64,000 nucleotides of DNA. It comes from Marsupella aquatica. Lineage: Eukaryota; Plantae; Marchantiophyta. The notes beneath the pieces are model-generated. The model searched no databases. It had not been told where the DNA came from and saw nothing but the letters and a program-made list of their open reading frames with translations. The DNA lies in NCBI GenBank assembly GCA_973895155.1, contig OZ316891.1, positions 12,026,771 through 12,090,770 on the forward strand, in the 5' to 3' direction. A program made the translations under genes and the position numbers. Shown one piece after another: positions 55,791 through 64,000 of this stretch. Each line of letters starts with the position of its first letter. Within the stretch, counting starts at the first letter, position 1.

Positions 55791-56142
55791 TAAAAGTGTA
55801 TTATTATTTTATTTATGTACATTTGGGCAGTGAAAAGTGTACTTTTGGGTTTGGAAAAGTGTACATTTGGCCAATGAAAAGTGTATATTTGGGGATAGAA
55901 AAGTTTACAATTGGCCTAAAGAGTGTACATTTGGGCAATGAAAAGTGTAAATTTGAACATCAAAATAGATACATTTGGCTTTAAAAGTGTACATTTGAGT
56001 ACATTTGGCCTAGAAAGTGTACATTTGAGTGCAAAATGCATATATTTGGCTTAACAAGTGTACATTTAAGTGCATTTGGTCTAGAAAGTGTAACTTTTAG
56101 TGCAATAAAGTGTACATTTGGCCTAAAAAGTGTACATTTGCC
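55791..56142. repeat. Subterminal ~22-bp tandem repeats with TGTACA core
   Basis: AAAAGTGTACATTTGG variants repeated more than 10 times. Confidence 0.9.
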
Positions 56143-56391
56143 TACCAACTCTTATTATAATCATTTAAAAGAAAGGAATGAATAGAAAAACATTTTTAAT
56201 TATGTAGAAAAAGCAAACATTCATATTTATAATGATCAAAAGTTTAGAAAATGAGGAGATAGTATCACATTAAAACTATTAGAATAGTAAATAACTAGTA
56301 CATAAATTACTATGTTTGAATGAGTGACTATCTTAGTTACATAAAAACTAGTAACTATCTATTTAATTATTATAGCTTCTAACAACTAAGT

Positions 56392-58284
56392 CTACTTGTC
56401 CATCCTTTGAAGATAATTTTGGACAGTTTGTAGAACATTTCGAGGGATCTTCAAACCTCTGCCCGCCATGTTTTCTTCTTTCATTCCAGATTTAAAACCA
56501 TACATTGCAGAATTCGCATACTGCCAATGTTGAGTATTCTCACCAAACCCTGGATCTCGTTCCCATGTCTTAGTGGACATGAAACAATTTAGATACCGCG
56601 CACTCTCAGTCACATCAAGTTTACTAGAGTGTTTAGGCCTCCACCATTCAACTGGGAACATTGGAGCGTACTGTCGAGGCAGAGAAGGGTTTGTTGAAGA
56701 TGTAGTTGGGACTTCATGCTTTGGGTCCACCAAACCCAAAGCTCTCACCAACCAGAAATGACCTCCACCATTTTTATTCTCCCAGTCATCCTCGGGTCGA
56801 AGAAATACAAAGTTTCCTTCACAAATATCTTGTAAAGGAATCCATCGTCCTTGTTCTCTCTCAGCTCGAGATCCAACAAATGGTGCTGCTTGATCTTCCA
56901 TCTCTTCCAAGACCTCATTTTGAAGAGCCGTCATCTCTGCATTCTCCTCATCTTCACTTGGAGGACCACTTTGTTCCGGTTGGTTGACCTTGTAACCAGT
57001 GCCGTGGTTAGTCTTAGGCCAAAATCTGTTTTCCAAGGGAAATTGAGTACTTCCCTCCCCTTCTAGTGCGAGCCCATTTGTCAACAACTCCACAATTCTC
57101 TCCCAATATTTCACAAGAGGAAATCTTTCCTTATATGCTATAGATGTCTCATCAGTGCAACTCCTTCTCAAAAAATCAAGGTACTTGTTAAGAAATGGGA
57201 TAATCTCTTCAGATTTTTTGTGTATCTCTCCAATGGATTTAGCTAAGGGCTCTCCACTTGGTAAAAGAAGAGAATTTGTTGTCAGATCTGTTGCCCAAAT
57301 GCACCTTCCACCAACTGGAGCCCAAGCTTGCTTTACATGGGACTTATACTGAAATATTGGTACATTATCTCTCATAGAGAAAAGAAATGATACAGGTTTT
57401 GAGTGACCTTGAATATCTTTCACCTTGAAAGTTTGAAGATATTCTTTGTAAGATGCAACTTCTTGTATCAATCTGGGAACTGGATGAATGCTCTCGCATT
57501 CCCATACCTCTGCCATAAGAGCAAGGAGGGTTGCAACTTCTTTGTGCTGAACTTGATATGATACCTTTGAAAAGAGTGCATCAACATCTTCATGCGTATG
57601 ACCAACCATTAGAAAAGACATTTGAACAGTTTCAAATACTCCTCTACTCACAAGCTCGCTACAAAATGCCATGACAGTCTGGTTTTTGTTGTCCTTTGCT
57701 GAATTATCCATCTGCAATGTTAGGTGCCTTGGCAAGGGCTTGAACGATGGACTGCATTGCTCTCCTTGCATGTCTTCTCCATCATCCTCATCTTGCTGGT
57801 TTGGGACGGTCTCAGTCCGACTCTCAGCTCCATCTTCAGAACCAATATACCTATTCACCGGTATATTCTTTGGTTCCAAATAACCCGTCAAAAATGCTTC
57901 AAAGTCAAGCAGGGCTTGAAAGAAAGGTCTGTGAGGTTCCCAATGAAGGCCATCCAACATGTCACCTGTCTTGTCTCCATTGTACTCTTCAAGGTCTCGA
58001 AGACACTTAGCCAAGGATGTCACCGTGAAATCGGCATCTTCTGGCCAAAGGCCAGTGACACTACAGTGTGCATAAACTCCTGGATCCCTCCCGTGGGTCA
58101 ACATCCCTGTGAGAGCAATAGGTAGCGGCATTCCATGACCCGAAAGAGATTTAGGAGTACTAACCATTTTTGGAATCCATGTCTTTGCTTGATCCATCTT
58201 GTCATGAATAATGCAAAGATATTCTCCTGGGTGTTGTTTGGCAATCACTCGATGAGCGTAGTAAACATATCTACTTGATTCCTC
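56392..58284 (-). CDS. DUF7869-type DDE/D transposase catalytic region (no ATG start; N-terminus probably lost or frameshifted)
   Basis: QEESSRYVYYAHR..AKQHPGEYLCIIHDKMDQAKTWIP, LTGMLTHG, LTLQMDNSAKDNKNQ, GVFETVQMSFLMVGHTHEDVDALFS. Confidence 0.8.
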   Translation of the reverse strand, partial: EESSRYVYYAHRVIAKQHPGEYLCIIHDKMDQAKTWIPKMVSTPKSLSGHGMPLPIALTGMLTHGRDPGVYAHCSVTGLWPEDADFTVTSLAKCLRDLEEYNGDKTGDMLDGLHWEPHRPFFQALLDFEAFLTGYLEPKNIPVNRYIGSEDGAESRTETVPNQQDEDDGEDMQGEQCSPSFKPLPRHLTLQMDNSAKDNKNQTVMAFCSELVSRGVFETVQMSFLMVGHTHEDVDALFSKVSYQVQHKEVATLLALMAEVWECESIHPVPRLIQEVASYKEYLQTFKVKDIQGHSKPVSFLFSMRDNVPIFQYKSHVKQAWAPVGGRCIWATDLTTNSLLLPSGEPLAKSIGEIHKKSEEIIPFLNKYLDFLRRSCTDETSIAYKERFPLVKYWERIVELLTNGLALEGEGSTQFPLENRFWPKTNHGTGYKVNQPEQSGPPSEDEENAEMTALQNEVLEEMEDQAAPFVGSRAEREQGRWIPLQDICEGNFVFLRPEDDWENKNGGGHFWLVRALGLVDPKHEVPTTSSTNPSLPRQYAPMFPVEWWRPKHSSKLDVTESARYLNCFMSTKTWERDPGFGENTQHWQYANSAMYGFKSGMKEENMAGRGLKIPRNVLQTVQNYLQRMDK

Positions 58285-59399
58285 TTGTTAAAATTGTAGG
58301 GCCTTGAACGCAGTACTCCTCTATCACTTACATCCGCATTGAGTTCATCCCTATCCATTGAGTCCATCCTTTCAGAACCTTCCACCAAAATGTCTGACAA
58401 AAATTTTCCATTTGCAACTAGTTTTGTTGAATCAATCCGCCATCGAATCAAACTCACTACTCCCTTGTGGATGTTGGGAAAGTATTGTGCTGCCACGACA
58501 TCTTTCACAGCAATCCCAACATGGTCATCACCAAGAATTTCATCATCAACTGCCGCCGTCACTTGAGGGACAGTGATCGTTCCCGTGGCAACCATTTTGG
58601 TTCGATCCAAACCAGTGTAGAGTTCAACCAACTCTGACATCCAGTTTGCCCGATGAAAATAGTCACACTTAGTGTCTGTGGTGTTTGCCGAACAAGACTG
58701 TGAAACAAAATCCACCTTGTCCTTTTGCTTCTTAGAGGAAGATTTGTTGCTCCCATCGATGTCAACATTCCATACTTTATTGTGGACGTCAGCCACATCC
58801 CATAGAACCCAGGAGCCCTTTGCCTCTTCAATTGTTGCAGCTCCACCATGTGCGTAAGGTAAAGTCTTACTACCATGAATCACATCTGTGATTTTTACAC
58901 TAACCCGAGACTCACCGAGTAATATGTTATGACATCTCTCCATTGGATCAGTCTTGAAAACAACTCCAAAGGCCACACAATGGCCAGAGATAAACATTTC
59001 AACCTCATCACCTGGCCTTAGGGTGGTCGAAGCATCCTCCTGTACATTTGCAGAATTATGGATGTTGTTATCTTTTCGAGTCGAACAACTACCAATACTG
59101 ATGCGTTTTTGAGTAATCTTATCCGCAGATCGATATGCACATGACATATCCCAAATGACACATGAGTCAATGGCATCATGAAGATTTTCCGCCCTAGGCA
59201 TTGGAAAAGGGAGCTTCCTGGTCTCACCAAAGGCCTTCTCAATGAGAACCCCAATTCGATTCTCTCCCAGCACAATATTTTGAAGACTCTCTTGCGGATC
59301 TGTCTTTTGAACTGTCCCATTTCCAACGTCGTAACCATCCATTGTCAAGGTCACATCATCGCCCCTAGAAAACCTTTGAGACATCCTTTTCCTATTATC
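58245..59399 (-). CDS. Exon/ORF with three tandem Tnp1/En-Spm-like (Transposase_23/DUF8039-like) domains
   Basis: Three copies of V(A/G)xGxV...(DP)...ILG(E/D)xxVxVxI...(LP)...W(D/R). Splice acceptor tttttttcagtgtgcag at ~59400. Confidence 0.7.
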   Translation of the reverse strand, partial: DNRKRMSQRFSRGDDVTLTMDGYDVGNGTVQKTDPQESLQNIVLGENRIGVLIEKAFGETRKLPFPMPRAENLHDAIDSCVIWDMSCAYRSADKITQKRISIGSCSTRKDNNIHNSANVQEDASTTLRPGDEVEMFISGHCVAFGVVFKTDPMERCHNILLGESRVSVKITDVIHGSKTLPYAHGGAATIEEAKGSWVLWDVADVHNKVWNVDIDGSNKSSSKKQKDKVDFVSQSCSANTTDTKCDYFHRANWMSELVELYTGLDRTKMVATGTITVPQVTAAVDDEILGDDHVGIAVKDVVAAQYFPNIHKGVVSLIRWRIDSTKLVANGKFLSDILVEGSERMDSMDRDELNADVSDRGVLRSRPYNFNKRNQVDMFTTLIE

Positions 59400-59454
59400 C
59401 TGCACACTGAAAAAAATGGATTAAAAGCAAAGTCATGCAAATTTTGATTCAGAC

Positions 59455-60400
59455 TGCGATCCTCAAAGTCTGGATTTGGACTACGATCCTTCAATTCCGG
59501 ATTTGGACCGGGACCATCCAAGTCCGGATTTGGACTACGATCCTCTGATTCTGGATTTGGACTAGGACCATCCGAGTCCGGATTTTGACCGGGACCATCC
59601 AAGTGCGGATTTGGACTGCAATCCTCCGAGTCTAGATTTGGACTACGATCCTCCGATTATGGATTTGGACTGGGATCATCCGAGTCTGGATTTGGACTGG
59701 AATCCTTCGAGTCTGGATTTGGAGTACGATCCTCCGATTCTGGATTTGGACTGGGACCATCCGAGTCTGGATTTGGACTGGGACCATCCCAGTCCAAAGT
59801 TGGACTAGGACCATCCCAATCCAAACTTGGACTCGGACCATCCCAATCCAAACTAGGACTTGGACCATCCAAGTCCAAACTTGGACTCGGACCATCCCAA
59901 TCCAAAGTTGGACTCGCACTATCCTAATCCAAACTTGGACTCGGACCATCCCAATCCAAACTAGGACTTGGACCATCCAAGTCCAAACTTGGACTCGGAC
60001 CATCCCAATCCAAAGTTGGACTCGGACCATCCCAATCCAAAGTTGGACTCGCACCATCCTAATCCAAACTTGGACTCGGACCATCCCAATCCAAACTAGA
60101 ACTTGGACCATCCAAGTCCAAACTTGGACTCGGACCATCCCAATCCAAAGTTGGACTTGAACCATCCTAATCCAAACTTGGACTCGGACCATCCCAATCC
60201 AAACTAGGACTTGGACCATCCAAGTCCAAACTTGGACTCGGACCATCCCAATCCAAACTAGGACTTGGACCATCCAAGTTTAAACTTGGACTCGGACCAT
60301 CCCAATCCAAAGTTGGACTCGGATGATCCCAATCCAAAGTTGGACTCGGATGATCCTAGTCCACATCCGAATCCAAACTTGGACTAGGACCATCCTAGAC
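59455..60400. repeat. 27-bp palindromic minisatellite, ~35 units, two subtypes
   Basis: GGATTTGGACTGGGACCATCCGAGTCT subtype to ~59790, then CCAAA(C/G)TTGGACTCGGACCATCCCAAT subtype. Confidence 0.95.
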
Positions 60401-60966
60401 CAACCCATAATGTAACGGGAGATAAACTTCAAACATTTTAAGCTAAGAAAATTCCAAATTTAGGAAGACTCCGTATTTTACGGATCTCCCTATATGGTGT
60501 AGCCTAAAGTTTGCGTGGTCTTAAGGTAGACCCTAATGTCTACATACAGTTTCATGAAATAATGAAACCTAGCCTTATATTTGAATGCATTAACCTTATA
60601 CTCACCTTAGTATTAAGATCTGGTAGAATATGAATATCACATCCAAGGGGGATACATTGTTGTCTGTAGATTGGTAAAAACTTTCCCAGAACCCTGAATA
60701 CAAGCTATATGCCACTAAATCTTGGGAGTAAAAAACAAACTGAACCCTAAACCACACATGTCTGTAAAAGATAAACTGAGAGGACCCCAAAAGTCAAGAA
60801 GCTGGCTAAGCTGACCCATTGAAGGTAAGTGGCTCAATACATAACACTTTAAGAGAAACTCCGGATTACATGGAGCTTAGATTTGGGAAACTAGAACAAG
60901 AATGAGCTCCGAAGTGGGCGTCTCCCGAAATATACCCTTTGCTCGAGTCGGCTCAAACGGAAATCG

Positions 60967-61025
60967 CGTGAAGATAAGGGTTGAGTACCCCTTCAACTTA
61001 GCTTGCGGCACACCTTATCTTCACG
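60967..61025. other. Perfect 13-bp inverted repeat enclosing a smaller hairpin
   Basis: CGTGAAGATAAGG (60967-60979) and CCTTATCTTCACG (61013-61025); inner GTTGA...TCAAC. Confidence 0.8.
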
Positions 61026-61433
61026 AGCTTAATTGTGCGGGGACTACCGTGCAAGGCTGTTAGGTAGGCAGGACATCAAGGAAGGAGGCCCGTATGTAGG
61101 GTGCGGGCAACGGGTCGTACGCAGGAGCAGGCCGTACGCACTATCAGGCCGTACGTAGGAGAAGGAGGCAACCGGCCGTACGCAGGCCGGGGTGAGGCAG
61201 GAGGGGGTAAAGGGACGGAGAGGTCCAGCCAGGACCTCATTCTCATTCTCACTCTTTCGCTCCTCACTCTGCTCACGCTCTCCACTCTCCGCCTCCGCTC
61301 TCTGCTCTTTGCCTCCACTCGCTCGCTCTCCTCGCTCTTTGCTCTCCGCTCTCTCTCTGCCTCCCCGCCTCCGCCTGCTTCCGCCTCCACCTCCATTCTT
61401 TTTCATTGCCCTAAATCGGACGCCTGCTAAGAA

Positions 61434-61458
61434 GCCACGTGTCACTCTGCCACGTGTC
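61434..61458. promoter_or_regulatory. Two G-box/ABRE-like motifs
   Basis: GCCACGTGTC at 61434-61443 and 61449-61458. Confidence 0.4.
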
Positions 61459-61464
61459 AGAAAG

Positions 61465-63749
61465 ATGGAAGCGAATCGCGTCCTTGTGAAGTCCTCCGTG
61501 GAAGCAACAGAGGAGTTTGACCTCTCCTCTATGAGCGACAGTGTAGAACTGGCACTTGAAGACTCCAGACAATTTCAATCAAGAATCCCTAGTAAGTATC
61601 CATCACCTATCCTCCCTAAGTCTTAGAGGACTGGGACCATCCGAGTCCAAAGTTGGACTCGGATGATCCCAATCCAAACTTGGACTCGGACCATCCCAAT
61701 CCGAACTTGGACTCAGATGATCCTAATCCAAACATGGACTCGGATGATCCCAATCCAAAGTTGGACTCGGATGATCCCAGTCCAAAGTTGGACTCGGATG
61801 ATCCCAATCCAAAGTTGGACTCGGACCATCCCAATCCGAACTTGGACTCAGATGATCCTAATTCAAACGTGGACTCGGATGATCCCAATCCAAACTTGGA
61901 CTCGGATGATCCTAATCCATCCAGGAGATTGAATCTCGATTGTAGGAGCAAGTCTAAAACCATCTCAAGTTGGACTAGGACCATCCTAATCCAACAAGAG
62001 TTATTCAAATGTTTTAAACTTAATAAGTCTAACATGGATGACGTTTTTATGATGCAGGGAGCGATCTTGTTGGTTTCAAACCCGCGATTGCACCGACCGA
62101 CTGCCGGGATGGATTCTTACTAGATGAGAGATCCCCAGGCTTCCGATGGGGGCTTGAGTTCTCAAGAACCCCGCTTAATAATGAAGTGCCATCAAGCACG
62201 ATTGAACCTGTTTTGACCTTAAAGTGCAGAGCAAATGATAGCCTGACTTTGGTTTGCGGACCTGTGGTCTCTGTTGGCATTGGAGGGACAGGGATGAATT
62301 TGGTCATTCTGGAGATGCACGATAGGTCATGCTGGGTTATAAGTTAACCTTATGTCAAAGGCATACTCCTCAGAATTCAATGTCGAATGGCACGCAAGTG
62401 GTGAATTGAGCGTTTTGTCAATGGGATTTTTTCCAAAGACATATGACACAAAGAAGTTGGTCATCGGGGTAACTGGTATGCTTCCAGTCGACATTATGTA
62501 TGGGTTTCAATATTTGAAACTCAACATGATGAAGCACCAAGGCAATTTCTCTTTTGCAACTACTTGGACGTTAAGCAATTTACTTGAGAAAGTTGGATTG
62601 TTATCATTGGAGTCAGAGGAGCCTGGTGTTTTAATTGATAAGGATGTTGCATTTGATCCCAACTTTGATTTAGTCAAAGCAAAGCAATGGATAGAATCTT
62701 TGTCAAAGACGAGAAACCTTCCAACGGTGAATACAAACCCTGTGCCCGAGAAGGCGCCAGAGAAAGCTCCAGAACCTACAACAGAGACCGCGGGAACTAC
62801 AGCAGCAACCTCTCAAAGAGCAGTGGGAAAACAAAAACAAAGCCAAAGGAAACCTCCGGTTGAAAAGAGACTTCCAGTTGAGAAGCCGGTTGAGAAGCCG
62901 AGTACGAGAAGCCGAGTTCAGAAGCCAGTTGAGAAGCCGAGTACGAGAAGCCAAGTTGAGAAGCCAGTTGAGAAGAAACGTCCGGTTGAGAAGCCAAGTG
63001 CAAGTGAAAAGAGGCCAAGACAAAAGAAGAAACAGAAAATTGACAGTGCCATCATGGATGACACTACAGAAAACCTGACAGTGCATTCACAAGATATGGA
63101 CGAGCAGTTGGACGCTCCTGAGGAGAAGAAGGTCTTAGAAGGTAATGAGGGACTGCAACAAATGGAGCAATATTATACGTTTGGGATCAATTCGATATTT
63201 TCTATTCCCGTAGAGAGTATTTTCCCTGCGTCGGCAAGACTCTGTTACAGAATGTTGAATGCAAACCATGTAAAGGAGGTGGCCAATTCCATGATAAGAA
63301 ATCCGGGGCATGAACCACACATAGCAGACTTGATTCCTTACACTACAAAACATAGAAACCTAATGCAATATGACAACACGGAATCAGATAGGAGGGACTT
63401 TGTAGCAGCCGTGAAAAAGGGGGAGGTTCAATTCCTTGCCATTAGCGGTCAACATTCGGCCAGAGCAGCCAGATGGATTCGAGAATGGGCAAACAAGGAT
63501 GCCAAGCTAACAGCATTGGCAAAAAAGCTGGAATTTCGAAAGTCAAGAATATTATCTCATCGAACACCATCGTCAATATTAGTTGAGCATTCAATGCGAT
63601 CTAATGCTATCAATAGCACGATGGTGTTTCAGTCATGCTTCAAAGATACAGTCGTTCATGCTAGGCGGCAATTTGTGGAATGTGGAAAATCTAGCCGGCC
63701 AAAACATGGGGACAACAAAACAAACGCTCAAGACAATCAAAAATTTCAG
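61465..63749 (+). CDS. ParB/sulfiredoxin-like domain protein (TE cargo); predicted exons 61465-61591 and 62058-63749, one frameshift near 62341, probably continues beyond the window
   Basis: Phase-1 splice A|GTAAGT...GCAG|GG gives an open frame to TAA at 62345. The +1 frame is open 62352-63770 with PVEKP repeats, an NLS-like KRPRQKKKQK, and FSIPVESI..YRMLNANHVKEVANSM..P..FLAISGQHSARAA. Donor CAG|GTACGA at 63749. Confidence 0.6.
61627..61995. repeat. Second 27-bp palindromic array (~11 units plus an outlier)
   Basis: TTGGACTCGGA(TGA/CCA)TCCCAATCCAAA(C/G) repeated. Confidence 0.95.
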
Positions 63750-63848
63750 GTACGAAGTGTTACTGCTTGATTGGTACAATACCGTAGACTCTCCATGTGT
63801 GATTACAATTGAGATGGTAGTCTTTGACCACAAAGCTTCAAGTTTGCT

Positions 63849-63957
63849 TTGGATTGAGATGGTCCGAGTCCAAATGGATACATTCACATTCAGTAGAATA
63901 TTTCCACTGATATCGTCTAGTTTTGTGTTGGACTGGGATGGTCCCAGTCCAAATGGA
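63849..63957. repeat. Two isolated copies of the 27-bp palindrome
   Basis: TTGGATTGAGATGGTCCGAGTCCAA (~63849) and perfect TTGGACTGGGA-TGG-TCCCAGTCCAA (63928-63952). Confidence 0.85.
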
Positions 63958-64000
63958 TTCATGCACATTCAATAGACTATTTCCACTGATATTGTCTAGT

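Larger units (their letters stand above)
55770..64000. mobile_element. Large DNA transposon (DUF7869-type DDE transposase) with a divergent ParB-like cargo gene; right end lies beyond the window
   Basis: Subterminal repeat array, transposase ORF, Tnp1-like triple domain ORF, shared 27-bp arrays and divergent ORF. Exact left terminus and TSD cannot be set. Confidence 0.7.

Noticed and set aside
59455-60400. CRISPR array
   Set aside because: Units are contiguous with no unique spacers, there are no cas genes, and the context is eukaryotic
61044-61445. Arg/Glu-rich and Ser/Leu-rich ORFs
   Set aside because: Translations of a low-complexity CT/GA tract
59351-62123. Repetitive ORFs (DGPSPNPD, MVRVQVWIG, DSDDPNPNL, GLGSSESKF) as proteins
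   Set aside because: They are by-products of a 27-bp (9-codon) repeat that is open in several frames on both strands, and the arrays appear intronic

Overview
Eukaryotic nuclear DNA from a land plant, most likely a bryophyte such as a liverwort (inferred from the bryophyte-type N-terminus of a psbD nuclear insertion, GT-AG introns and the TE content). Six host genes can be reconstructed: a BSD-domain protein (9361-12641 +), an intronless F-box-associated beta-propeller protein with no visible F-box (16985-18235 +), a pectin methylesterase with a long atypical pro-region (21059-25501 -), a receptor kinase joining a phytocyanin/cupredoxin-like ectodomain to an L-lectin-RK-type kinase (29431-31358 -), plastid fibrillin FBN8/PAP10 (35160-38084 -) and an alpha-expansin (52156-54013 +). 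Intergenic DNA holds nested LTR-retrotransposon remnants, two related solo LTRs with intact 5-bp TSDs, a non-autonomous Mutator-like element with a 10-bp TSD, two plastid insertions (16S rRNA, psbD) and many small tandem duplications. The most unusual region is ~55.8-64 kb. It looks like a large DNA transposon running off the window, with a DUF7869-type DDE transposase plus a triple Tnp1/En-Spm-like domain ORF on the minus strand and a divergent ParB/sulfiredoxin-like (ISGQHS) ORF on the plus strand. Arrays of a 27-bp palindromic unit lie in the predicted introns of both genes. All family calls come from motif recognition by eye; no database searches were run.
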